The position numbers and the translations under genes are program-made. From positions 577 to 64,576 of the forward strand of contig JBDHFN010000004.1 in the NCBI GenBank assembly GCA_039590375.1: 64,000 bases of DNA, in the 5' to 3' direction. This document shows, piece by piece, positions 1-8,533 of this stretch. The DNA comes from Gemmatimonadota bacterium (GTDB taxonomy: Bacteria; Gemmatimonadota; Gemmatimonadetes; Longimicrobiales; Gaopeijiaceae). Below the pieces are notes generated by a model that searched no databases, was not told the DNA's origin, and saw only the letters and a list, made by a program, of their open reading frames with translations. Within the stretch, counting starts at the first letter, position 1. Every line of letters begins with the position of its first letter.

Positions 1-58
1 CAGGGGAAGGATCCTGGGTCGCAGTTTACCCGCTACCCGCCATAGGGAAAGGACCATC

Positions 59-1432
59 ATGCAAATGCAGAAACGGTCCTGGATCGGAGCCGCCACTCTC
101 GCGTTCGTCGCGGTCTTCACTTTCCAGAGCACAACGCAGGCCCAGGCCAGCTTCGCGTCGTCGTCGAATGATGCGGCGTTGACCTACTCGGCGGATGTCG
201 CGTCGATCATCCAAGAGAACTGCACCGTCTGCCACCGCGAGGGTGGAATCGGGCCGTTTTCTCTCACGACTTACGAAGATGCACGGCGGTATTCGCGGCG
301 CATCAAGGCGGCGGTGCAGAACCGCATAATGCCGCCGTACTACTACGACAACGATATCGGCATCCAGGACCTCAAGGAGGACTGGCGTCTTTCTCAGGAA
401 GACATCAACACCGTTGTTGCCTGGGTAGACGAAGGCACTCCGCTCGGCAATAGGGATGAGATTCCGGAGTTGGACCTGCTCGACACCGACGACTGGACGC
501 TGTCGACCCTGTTCGGCCAGCCGGACCTCCTCGCCCCCTCGACGCCGATCGACGTACCGGCCGCCGGCAACGACATGTGGCACCGCCCGATCGTTCAGAT
601 CCAGGGTTTGCCGCAGGGCGAAGAGCGCTGCATCAAGGCTCTCCAAGTGAAGCCTCGCGGCGTCGCCAAGACGGTCGTCCACCACGCCAACTCGACCTTC
701 CAGCTCATGCAGGAAGACGGCAGCTTCGAGGGCTCGGGCGACCGGGCCACCGAGTACGCCATGGGCAAGCTGGGTGAGATCATTCCTGACGGCGTGTGCC
801 GGATCCTGCCCGCGGATGCCTTTGTTCGCTGGGACATCCACATGTATCCGGGCGGGCTCGGCGCGACCGCCGCGAATGACGTGGTCGAAGGCAACGTGGT
901 CGACCTGGGTATCTGGCTCCACCCGGCTGACTACGAGTACGAGTACAAGCAGGATCTGAGGAGCTATGGGATCCGTCAGGGTGAGTTGGTCATGCCCCCG
1001 CACGGGACGACCATGACTCAGGGTTTCCACAGCTTCGACCATCCGGTCCGCATCGACAGCTTCCAGCCCCACGGGCATCTGCGGCTGCGGTCTGCGTCTT
1101 TGGAGATCTTCTATCCGGAGAGCGGACGGACCGACATCATCAGCATGGTCTCGAACTGGAGCGCCACCTGGCACCAGAGCCACCTGTATGAGGACGACGT
1201 GGCGCCCCTGATTCCGGTGGGTGCGGTTCTCGTGATCAAGCAGTGGTACGACAACACCGAGGGCAACCCCAACAACCCCGACCCGGATCAGTGGGTGGAT
1301 GGGGGCAGCCGAACGGCTGATGAGATGTCCCACGCGTGGATCGCCGTGACCCACCTCGATGAGGAGGGCTACGAAGAGCTCCTCGAGGCTCGGGAGACGG
1401 ACGAAGAGCAGAGGATCGCTGCTAGGGACTGA
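59..1432 (+). CDS. Exported haem-c binding protein with a copper-monooxygenase-like (PHM/DBH-type) C-terminal region
   Basis: ATG at 59. Signal-peptide-like N-terminus (WIGAATLAFVAVFTFQSTTQAQA). Single CxxCH motif (CTVCHREGG). C-terminal HGHLRLRS and DEMSHAW patterns resemble monooxygenase folds. A hairpin terminator follows the gene. Function is inferred from motifs only. Confidence 0.8.
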   Translation: MQMQKRSWIGAATLAFVAVFTFQSTTQAQASFASSSNDAALTYSADVASIIQENCTVCHREGGIGPFSLTTYEDARRYSRRIKAAVQNRIMPPYYYDNDIGIQDLKEDWRLSQEDINTVVAWVDEGTPLGNRDEIPELDLLDTDDWTLSTLFGQPDLLAPSTPIDVPAAGNDMWHRPIVQIQGLPQGEERCIKALQVKPRGVAKTVVHHANSTFQLMQEDGSFEGSGDRATEYAMGKLGEIIPDGVCRILPADAFVRWDIHMYPGGLGATAANDVVEGNVVDLGIWLHPADYEYEYKQDLRSYGIRQGELVMPPHGTTMTQGFHSFDHPVRIDSFQPHGHLRLRSASLEIFYPESGRTDIISMVSNWSATWHQSHLYEDDVAPLIPVGAVLVIKQWYDNTEGNPNNPDPDQWVDGGSRTADEMSHAWIAVTHLDEEGYEELLEARETDEEQRIAARD

Positions 1433-1475
1433 TCCCCAGACTAGTCTGGATTCTGGATCCTCAGTGAGGTAAGCG

Positions 1476-1535
1476 ATGGGGACCGAAGGACGCTTCGCGG
1501 TAATCGCGGCTTCTTCGGTCCCCATTGTGTTTTTC
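1476..1535 (+). terminator. Intrinsic terminator downstream of the 59..1432 gene
   Basis: 13-bp stem ATGGGGACCGAAG (1476-1488) pairs with CTTCGGTCCCCAT (1513-1525). It is followed by TGTGTTTTTCAG. Confidence 0.6.
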
Positions 1536-1590
1536 AGCTCCGCCCGGCGCTTCTCGGGCAGCCCCGCCCCGCGCTTCTCGTGAGAGCGGT

Positions 1591-3297
1591 CTAGTCGGCG
1601 ATATCCCTCCAACTTTCGACGAGGTGCGCCGCCGTCCGCCAAGAGAGTGCCTGACTCGTCAGGGTGGGATTACGCGCGCCGCTGGTGCCCATCACTGAGG
1701 CGCCCAGGACCCCCAGGTTCGGCGCTTCATGCGAGAATCCCCAGCGATCGACCACGTTGGTCTCCGCATCGTCACCCATGCGCGTGCCCCCATAAGCGTG
1801 GGTGGAAGCGCCCATGGTGTTGCCGAGCCCGCCCCGGTTGACCTCGATGGCCCCGGCCTCCCGATACCACTCCTCCATCCGATCCTGCATGAACGTGGCG
1901 ATGGCCGTCTCGTTCTCCTTGTACTGGCCCGTGATGCGGATCACCGGGAACCCGAGGGGATCCTTCACCACGGGATCCAGATCCAGGTAGTTGTCCTCAT
2001 ACGGCAGGGTCGTCTTCTGGATGTAGGAGCCGTGGGTGCGATCCGAGTGTTCGTGGATGAATCGCTTCCAGGCTGATCCCCAATTCCGGCTTCGCCCGTA
2101 CGTGTTCATGTTCGCCGCGGATATGGGCCGACGGTCGGACATGGCCCACAGGTTGCCTCCCCCGATGAAATCGAGATCGGAGTGGTCGAAGTTGTCGTCG
2201 GCCCAATCATCCACCGCGACGCCCTGTGCGGGTAGGCCGTACCACGCCTTGAGGTCGTACGGAAAAAGCGCTCCCACGCCCGCGCCCTGGTGATGACTGA
2301 AGTAGTGGCGGCCAACCTGTCCATGATTGTTCGACAGCCCGTCGGGATAAGCGCGGGATTTCGACAGGAGCAACAGGCGGACGTTTTCGTAGGTGTAGGA
2401 GGCGATCAAGACGACCCGCGCCGGCTGGAAGTACTCATTACTTCCCACGACGTAGTTGACCCCCGTCACGCGTCCGTCCGAGCCCACTTCGAGCGTCGTT
2501 ACATGGGCACGCGTGACCACCTTGAGGTTGCCCGTATCGACGGCCTTCGGGATGGTCGTGATATGGGTGGCGTTCTTCGCGTTGATCGGACATCCACCCT
2601 TGTTGCAGAACCCGTGATAACCGCATCCCGGACCATTCCCGTACGCTTGGCTGTTGACGGCGGCCGGGCCGGGGAAGGGATTCCATCCCAACGAACGCGC
2701 GGCGTCGGCCATGCGTTCGTTGAAGGCCGTCCAGCGCAGCGGCGGCATGGGGAATTCACGCCGCCGAGGACCCTCGAATCGATTCCCGCGTGAGTCGATG
2801 TTGCCGCGAACGTTGCCGGCCTGCCCGGAGATACCGATCTCGCGCTCCACGCGGTCGTAATAGGGCTCCAACTCGTCGTATCCAAATGGCCAGTCCTCGA
2901 CGGTGGAGCCGGCCGGAATCCTGGATGCTCCGTAGCGTCTCGCGGTCTCGGTCACCACGCTGAAGTCCCAAGGGTTGAGCCGCCAACTCTGGGCCCAGTA
3001 GTGCAGAGTTGTTCCACCCACTGCGTTCATCATGGGATGGCTGCCGACACGGTTGGCCGTGGTGGCCGAAGTAGCCCGGGACGTGGGTCGCTCCAACTCG
3101 GCCTTATTCACCAGCATGGGCCAGTCGCGATAGTTGTTCCTGATCTCGTCGGGAGCAAAGTCGCGCTGGTCGAGCCAGGTCCCGGCCTCGAGCCCTACTA
3201 CGTTCAGCCCCGCCTCCGCCAACGGATAGGCCGCGACGCCACCCGCCGCGCCCATTCCCACGATGACGACATCGGTCTGACCAAGCTGCGTCGGCAT
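1591..3297 (-). CDS. GMC-family FAD-dependent oxidoreductase (gluconate 2-dehydrogenase flavoprotein-like)
   Basis: N-terminal Rossmann motif VVIVGMGAAGGVAAYPLAEAGLNVVGLEAG. 568 aa with a GMC-like C-terminal region. Lies directly downstream of a subunit-3 family partner. Confidence 0.9.
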   Translation of the reverse strand: MPTQLGQTDVVIVGMGAAGGVAAYPLAEAGLNVVGLEAGTWLDQRDFAPDEIRNNYRDWPMLVNKAELERPTSRATSATTANRVGSHPMMNAVGGTTLHYWAQSWRLNPWDFSVVTETARRYGASRIPAGSTVEDWPFGYDELEPYYDRVEREIGISGQAGNVRGNIDSRGNRFEGPRRREFPMPPLRWTAFNERMADAARSLGWNPFPGPAAVNSQAYGNGPGCGYHGFCNKGGCPINAKNATHITTIPKAVDTGNLKVVTRAHVTTLEVGSDGRVTGVNYVVGSNEYFQPARVVLIASYTYENVRLLLLSKSRAYPDGLSNNHGQVGRHYFSHHQGAGVGALFPYDLKAWYGLPAQGVAVDDWADDNFDHSDLDFIGGGNLWAMSDRRPISAANMNTYGRSRNWGSAWKRFIHEHSDRTHGSYIQKTTLPYEDNYLDLDPVVKDPLGFPVIRITGQYKENETAIATFMQDRMEEWYREAGAIEVNRGGLGNTMGASTHAYGGTRMGDDAETNVVDRWGFSHEAPNLGVLGASVMGTSGARNPTLTSQALSWRTAAHLVESWRDIAD

Positions 3298-3330
3298 ATC
3301 CTCAGATCCCTCCCCTGGAAGGCTGTTGCA

Positions 3331-4218
3331 TCATTCGAACAGGTTGAAGTCGTACGCCGACCGCCGTACGGGGTCCAACTGATCGGCCTCGAGGCGGCTT
3401 TGGTCCTCCGCGCTCACGCTCAGACGCACGCCCGGATAGTTGATGAGGTCCCACCCGGCGAAATTCGCGTTACCCCCGTACTTGGGGTCGCCGAACATCC
3501 CCTGCCACGTGTGGCTCTTCACCATGTTGAAGAACGATCCGGAACTACCCACGAAGCCCGCGCCTGCGCCGGTCGCCGCTCCGGTCTGGACGTCGATGAG
3601 TACCGAGTCCTGATCGATCGTGGGGAGGTCGATGAACGGGCCTCCCCTCGAGTAACGGCTGTAGGCGTCGAGCGCTGCAAGGCCGGACCGATACGCCTCG
3701 GCTGCATCGGACTCCGCCTCGCTCAAGGCGCGATCGATGAATTGGAGAACGCCGGCGTCGATAGCGCCCGCGCCCAACTCGTCGGTGGGGATCAGGCGGT
3801 CGACCATCGCGCTGAGAATCTCGGTCTCACTCGCCGTCAAATTCGTCAAAGGACCGGCGAGCAACGGCGCCGCGTCCAATGGCAGCACGCTGCCTAGCTG
3901 CTCCTTCCCGGTTGCGGCAGGGGACGGGATCGCTGGCGCTTCCTCAGTCACCGCGTCCACGGCATCGGGAATCAGCGCCGCCGCCCCGGCGATCCCAGCG
4001 GTCCGGAGCAGATCTCTCCGTGAGATGGGCGGGCGGAGTGAGTCCGCCGAAGGCGATGACTCGCCCAAAGACGATGATTCGGCCGGAGGAGATGAGTCGG
4101 CCAGAGACGATGGGTCGGCGGGAGACGATGACTCGTCCAGAGGCATCGATTCACCCGGATGGGGTGTATCGTCCGGGCGCGGGTCGTTCGAGTCAGTCAT
4201 GCGGTACCTCCGAGCCAT
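3331..4218 (-). CDS. Gluconate 2-dehydrogenase subunit 3 family protein, Tat-exported
   Basis: Twin-arginine motif SRRDLLRTAGIAGAAAL. Core LTASETEILSAMVDRLIPTDELGAGAIDAGVLQFIDRAL is typical of the family. Stop is 33 nt upstream of the GMC partner's start. The start codon is uncertain because a long Ser/Pro/acidic N-terminal extension precedes the RR motif. Confidence 0.8.
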   Translation of the reverse strand: MARRYRMTDSNDPRPDDTPHPGESMPLDESSSPADPSSLADSSPPAESSSLGESSPSADSLRPPISRRDLLRTAGIAGAAALIPDAVDAVTEEAPAIPSPAATGKEQLGSVLPLDAAPLLAGPLTNLTASETEILSAMVDRLIPTDELGAGAIDAGVLQFIDRALSEAESDAAEAYRSGLAALDAYSRYSRGGPFIDLPTIDQDSVLIDVQTGAATGAGAGFVGSSGSFFNMVKSHTWQGMFGDPKYGGNANFAGWDLINYPGVRLSVSAEDQSRLEADQLDPVRRSAYDFNLFE

Positions 4219-4231
4219 GCTCGTTGGATCG

Positions 4232-4816
4232 TCAGGGCAACTCGTTCATGGGTTGCCGCTCATACAGTGTGACCATGTCCCCCTGGCCGATCACGTGCCC
4301 TTCGATTGCCTGCAGCAGCTCGTCTCGATCGAGGCCCGGCGGCAGGTCGAGCGCCTCATCGAGGGCGTAGACGGCGAAGTGGTAATGGTGCACGGCACCG
4401 ACCGGCGGTGCGGGACCACGGTACGCGGGCAAGCCCCAGCCATTGTTTCCCTGGACCGCACCGGCAATTTCCGCGGGCATGGGATGATCGGAATCGAACG
4501 GAATACCCTCGGGGAGCCCCAGGGCGGTGCCGGGAATGTTATAGATGATCCAGTGCACCCACGGTGGCGGACGGCCCGCCCCGTAGTCCTGAGAGATCAC
4601 GGCGAGTTGGCGCGTCCCCGCTGGGAGATCCCTCCAGCTGAGGGGGGGAGAGAGGTTTCTCCCGTCCGGAGAGTAGTCCCGCGGCATGAATCTACCGGTC
4701 GTCATCGTCCGACTCTCGACGATGAACGTGGTGGGCGCCTGGGCTCGCAGACCGGTCGCGGCGCCTCCCGTCAGGAGCAGCGCCGCCCCCAAAGCAACCG
4801 GTACACTCACCTTCAC
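4232..4816 (-). CDS. YbhB/YbcL (PEBP / Raf-kinase-inhibitor-like) family protein, secreted
   Basis: PEBP-type motifs PWVHWIIYNIPG and YRGPAPPVGAVHHYHFAVYALD. I prefer the GTG start at 4816: it is preceded by GGAGGG and followed by a signal peptide (VKVSVPVALGAALLLTGGAATGLRAQA). The track start at 4918 is less likely. Confidence 0.85.
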   Translation of the reverse strand: MKVSVPVALGAALLLTGGAATGLRAQAPTTFIVESRTMTTGRFMPRDYSPDGRNLSPPLSWRDLPAGTRQLAVISQDYGAGRPPPWVHWIIYNIPGTALGLPEGIPFDSDHPMPAEIAGAVQGNNGWGLPAYRGPAPPVGAVHHYHFAVYALDEALDLPPGLDRDELLQAIEGHVIGQGDMVTLYERQPMNELP

Positions 4817-4896
4817 GGTAGGGCCCTCCAGGCTCGATGCGCGACTCCGGGATCCTTCACGGGAAGCACCGAGAATACGGGCTACCTTAGCGCGCG

Positions 4897-4962
4897 GGCA
4901 AGTCCTCGAGAGCACCACGGCAAGTCCTCCAGAGCACTACGGCAAGTCCTCCAGAACACCAC
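4897..4962. repeat. Three head-to-tail copies of a 22-bp unit (GGCAAGTCCTCCAGAGCACCAC-like)
   Basis: Units at 4897-4918, 4919-4940 and 4941-4962 differ at 1-3 positions. They are intergenic, between the stop of the DUF5916 gene (4964) and the likely PEBP start (4816). Confidence 0.9.
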
Positions 4963-4963
4963 A

Positions 4964-7273
4964 CTACATCCTCAGGAGCTTGTTGATCTTGAGAACGAAG
5001 GCCCGGTTCTCGAGCTCGGGGAAGCCGCTTCCCAGGGTGCTCCGCTCGTCGGTGTAGACCGCGAAGAACTCGCTGCCGGGGGCATACTCCCAGCGGAACC
5101 GCAGATTGCTGCTGAACGAGTCGCTGTCGGAATCGTACTGGACCAGCCCTCCGGCGAACATCAGCGGCGTGAACGCGTAGTCGGCACGCAGGCGCAGCAC
5201 CGTGGTCGTGAAATCACCGGCCGACAGCTTCACATCGTTGAACGAAATACTGGGCTCCAGCGAGAACTGATCGAGCACGGCGATGCGCCCTCGGTTATAT
5301 CCGATGGTCTTGATGGTGCCGTCGTAGAATTCGCCGACCTCGAACGAGAGAGACCCCGATACCCTGCGTTGTGCGCCGATGCTGTACTGGAACGTCGCGC
5401 TCTTGAAATCGTAGTCGCCCACCGGAACCGAGACGGCGCTGGAGACTCGCAAGGGGTCATCCAGTCGTTCGGAGTTCAGGGCCCCACGCACCGAGATCTG
5501 ATCACTACTCTCCAATTCGACGTTGAAGCTGCCGTTCCAGATCTCGGTCTCGAGCACCCCCGCGTCCAAACTCTCGAGTCGCTCATATCCGCCTTGAAAG
5601 GTGATTTGGCGTATCGAGGCCACCGACGAGAGGCGTGGGCTGAACCGCGCCGAAGAGGAATACCGGCGGAAGTTCCTACGGCGCACGAGACCGACTTCGG
5701 GATTGAACTCGTTACCCACGACGAGGTAGTCCCCACTCAGTCCATACCGGTCGCCAGCATAGTTGGCCCGGCCCAGATAGCTCTCGTTGTCGCCGTTCAT
5801 CCCCGGAGTTCTCGACTGAGTGTAAAACCCGCCGAAGCTGAGGTCCTGGCCGAAGTTGAAGCTACCGTCGACTCCGTACACCTGGTTGGTGCCGTCGACC
5901 GTCGTCGACTTCGACCGGTTCGTGAAGAGCGCACCGATGCTGCTGCGTCGGAAAATGTCCCGCTTGACCCGCACGACACTGAAATTGGTCTCCGGCGTGA
6001 CACCCACGATGCGGTCGGTCTGCAGGTTCATGAGCCCGAATCCGAGGCGGCCCACCTTGCCCGTCACCCGCCCACCACCGAGGATCGGAACGGCCTCCCC
6101 GCCGCTCAGCCCGATCCGTCTGGAATAGAAGACCGTAGGCGTGGCGCCTCCGCCTCCACCTCCACCCCCGCCTCTGCCCCCAGCCCGGCCGAAGTCGAAG
6201 GTCCCTCGGCCCTCCAGAAAGAACTCTCTCTTTTCGGGGAACGACAAGCTGAAACGGCTGAGATTGACCTGACGCTCGTCCACCTCCACCTGCGCGAAAT
6301 CAGTGTTGTAGGTCAAGTCCGCGGTGATATTGGCCGTGATGCCATACTTGAAGTCGAGCCCTATGTCTCCGTCGGCATCGTTCGATACGGCCGGTGTCTC
6401 CGTGAGATCGCTCGTCAGACTGGACGTCGCATACGGCTTGATCTCGATGTTCTTGCCCGCCGGAGGCAGGTTCAGGCCAACCAGATCCGCTGCGGCCGAC
6501 ACGCGGAAAATGCTCGACACGCCGCCGGTCGAAGCCGGAACGAACGTCAGATGCGCAAATTCGTTCTTGCGCCGAATCGAGCGCCGAATCTGGATCCCCC
6601 ACGTCTGATCGTCTCCGGAAAGATACCGGATCGACTTGAAGGGAATGGCCATCTCCACCGTCCAACCACCCTCGAACCGGCCCGTACGCACGGCCCACAC
6701 GGGGTTCCAATCTGTGTTTGGGCTCCCCTCATCCGTGATCCACTGATCAGCACGCGCGCCAAGCGGGTTCGTATAGAAGTTGAAACCATTGCGACGATCG
6801 TGGAACGTGTCGAAGAGGGCGCCGAAAAAATCGTTCTGCCGCAACCCGTTCGTGTCGCGCCGCATCTCATTGGCGATCCACTCTTCGGGCGGTTCGGAGT
6901 CCCAGCAGCGGCAGGCCACGTAGAGGTTCTCGGCATCGTACATGACCCATGCCTCGGTCCTCTCCGACACGAGCTCGCCTTCCAGAGGAAGGGTCTGGAT
7001 GAACCCGTCGGCAGGCAGGTTATCCGCATACGCCGCTTCGTCCAAAACGCCGTCCAGGTTCAGCGGCTCGGTGAGCCTGATCGCACGAACCGTGGCCCGC
7101 CCCAGGTCCGTGCGTGCGATCGACATCGGCGCCAGCGGCGGTGGCGGGTTCAGATTGGCATCCGAGGAAAGGCCTTCTTGTCCGGCCGCTGAGGCTGGAT
7201 TCGATAGGGCTAGAGCCACGGTCAACGCCAAAAACGACCACGACGCTGAGTAACTTGAGTCTTTCATCCGCAT
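4964..7273 (-). CDS. DUF5916 / CBM9-like domain outer-envelope protein
   Basis: Signal peptide after the internal ATG (MRMKDSSYSASWSFLALTVALALSNPASAAGQ). N-terminal LNLDGVLDEAAYA...AENLYVACRCWD is CBM9-like. The long C-terminal region has alternating beta-strand patterns. Contains a run of 9 Gly. Confidence 0.8.
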   Translation of the reverse strand: MRMKDSSYSASWSFLALTVALALSNPASAAGQEGLSSDANLNPPPPLAPMSIARTDLGRATVRAIRLTEPLNLDGVLDEAAYADNLPADGFIQTLPLEGELVSERTEAWVMYDAENLYVACRCWDSEPPEEWIANEMRRDTNGLRQNDFFGALFDTFHDRRNGFNFYTNPLGARADQWITDEGSPNTDWNPVWAVRTGRFEGGWTVEMAIPFKSIRYLSGDDQTWGIQIRRSIRRKNEFAHLTFVPASTGGVSSIFRVSAAADLVGLNLPPAGKNIEIKPYATSSLTSDLTETPAVSNDADGDIGLDFKYGITANITADLTYNTDFAQVEVDERQVNLSRFSLSFPEKREFFLEGRGTFDFGRAGGRGGGGGGGGGATPTVFYSRRIGLSGGEAVPILGGGRVTGKVGRLGFGLMNLQTDRIVGVTPETNFSVVRVKRDIFRRSSIGALFTNRSKSTTVDGTNQVYGVDGSFNFGQDLSFGGFYTQSRTPGMNGDNESYLGRANYAGDRYGLSGDYLVVGNEFNPEVGLVRRRNFRRYSSSARFSPRLSSVASIRQITFQGGYERLESLDAGVLETEIWNGSFNVELESSDQISVRGALNSERLDDPLRVSSAVSVPVGDYDFKSATFQYSIGAQRRVSGSLSFEVGEFYDGTIKTIGYNRGRIAVLDQFSLEPSISFNDVKLSAGDFTTTVLRLRADYAFTPLMFAGGLVQYDSDSDSFSSNLRFRWEYAPGSEFFAVYTDERSTLGSGFPELENRAFVLKINKLLRM

Positions 7274-7471
7274 CTTTATCAAATTGAAGAGGGCTATCCC
7301 AGGGGGGGGACGGTCCATTCGAGCGCTCCTACTGGAGACACGAGTCACAGCCAATCTGTTGGAGTCAGCCTTGGGGTGAGGTCCGTTGCGGAAGGGACGC
7401 TACAGGCGGGAGGGGCACAACCGATCGTGAAGACCCATTGGCCAGAGAGCACTCCGGCTGGGGAAACCGGC

Positions 7472-7915
7472 TTATGCCGGGTGTACCGGACAAGCACACG
7501 AGCCGCAAACGGACTGATGTCTGAGGTGTCCATTCCAGAACAGCGAAATCGCGACGAGCGAGCCGCCCAGGGGTGACATCAGGCTCTCGGGCAGAGGACC
7601 CAGCCAGCCGGCGAGAGCCGCAACCCAGACCGCAAATCCCAGGGAAGCCACGCCCCAGACCGCGCGCCGTCCGTGAAGCCGCCAGGAGGACGCGAGCGTG
7701 CCAGCGGCGAGCAGGACCGAAACACCCAGAAGCCACGCCTCCCAGGCATGGGTCGCAGCGAAGAAGGGAAGCGTGGAAGCAAGGATGGGCATCGCCAGAC
7801 AATGCACGGCGCAGATCGCCGGAAGGACCCCAGACCAACTGGATGCGAGACCCTGGCCCGAAGCGGCGGGCGGATCGCCACCGTCTTTCCAGATCGTTTC
7901 TGCTTCCATCTTCAT
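7472..7915 (-). CDS. MerC-like small membrane protein with Cys/His-rich C-terminus
   Basis: Four predicted TM segments. First TM carries PAICAVHCLAMPIL, as in MerC-family proteins. C-terminal tail is HQSVCGSCACPVHPA. Start chosen at the internal ATG (MKMEAETIW...). Divergent from a Fur-family gene. Confidence 0.7.
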   Translation of the reverse strand: MKMEAETIWKDGGDPPAASGQGLASSWSGVLPAICAVHCLAMPILASTLPFFAATHAWEAWLLGVSVLLAAGTLASSWRLHGRRAVWGVASLGFAVWVAALAGWLGPLPESLMSPLGGSLVAISLFWNGHLRHQSVCGSCACPVHPA

Positions 7916-7995
7916 GGTTCCTGGCTGCATGAGAACGCGGACACTTCTGGCTCCTGGCCGCATGCGAACAAGTACACACTTGATGATGGCTAAAC

Positions 7996-8009
7996 GATAA
8001 CCGATTATC
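7996..8009. promoter_or_regulatory. Fur/Zur-box-like inverted repeat GATAACC|GATTATC
   Basis: 7+7 inverted repeat with one mismatch, AT-rich. It is centred between the divergent MerC-like and Fur-family genes. Confidence 0.4.
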
Positions 8010-8070
8010 AAGAGGCACGTACCGAAGGGGATCGACATTAGAAGACCGAAGATCGACTTAGAAAATCGAC

Positions 8071-8466
8071 TTGGGAAAGGGATTCGTTCTCGTGGAGCGC
8101 GACACAAAGCAGCGGCGAGCCATACGTGAGGTCTTCGCGCGTGAACGCAGACCGCTGAGCACCGACGAAGTGCTCGCGGCGGGCCGAATGCTCGTTCCGT
8201 CCCTCGGCATCGCCACCGTCTACCGCAACATCAACTCTCTGGCAGACGAGGGGTGGATCCACTCCGTCGAGCTGCCTGGCGAGCCCGCCCGCTACGAGCG
8301 GTGCGGAAAGCCGCATCATCACCACTTCATCTGCCGCGGGTGCGGGTCCGCGTTCGACGTCGCGGCCTGTCCAGAGGACGTGGAGCGGCTGGCGCCTCCG
8401 GGCTTCACGGTCGACTCGCACGACCTGGTGCTATACGGACATTGTCCAGGATGCCGCCGGACGTGA
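8071..8466 (+). CDS. Fur-family metalloregulator (Fur/Zur/PerR type not resolvable)
   Basis: Winged-helix region (LSTDEVLAAGRMLVPSLGIATVYRNINSLADEG). HHHHF-ICRGC...CPGC metal sites. TTG start at 8071, or GTG at 8092. Confidence 0.9.
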   Translation: MGKGFVLVERDTKQRRAIREVFARERRPLSTDEVLAAGRMLVPSLGIATVYRNINSLADEGWIHSVELPGEPARYERCGKPHHHHFICRGCGSAFDVAACPEDVERLAPPGFTVDSHDLVLYGHCPGCRRT

Positions 8467-8533
8467 TGGACCTGCTCGATCCCGGAGCCGGGGAAGGGCC
8501 GCAGGGGTCTACTACCGAGTTGGGGTGAGTGAT

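Noticed and set aside
4897-4962. The tandem 22-bp repeats (and the 18-bp array at 38026-38133) as CRISPR arrays
   Set aside because: The units are contiguous with no unique spacers. They are too few and too short, and no cas genes are present in the window.
3737-7192. 1151-aa plus-strand ORF, the longest in the track
   Set aside because: It is antisense to the DUF5916 and subunit-3 genes. Its translation is Arg/Gly/Pro/Ala-rich low-complexity with no motifs. This is a typical shadow ORF of high-GC DNA.
7472-7915. MerC-like gene as evidence of a mercury-resistance (mer) operon
   Set aside because: No merR, merA, merT, merP or merB lies nearby. The neighbouring regulator is Fur-family. A general metal-handling role is more plausible.
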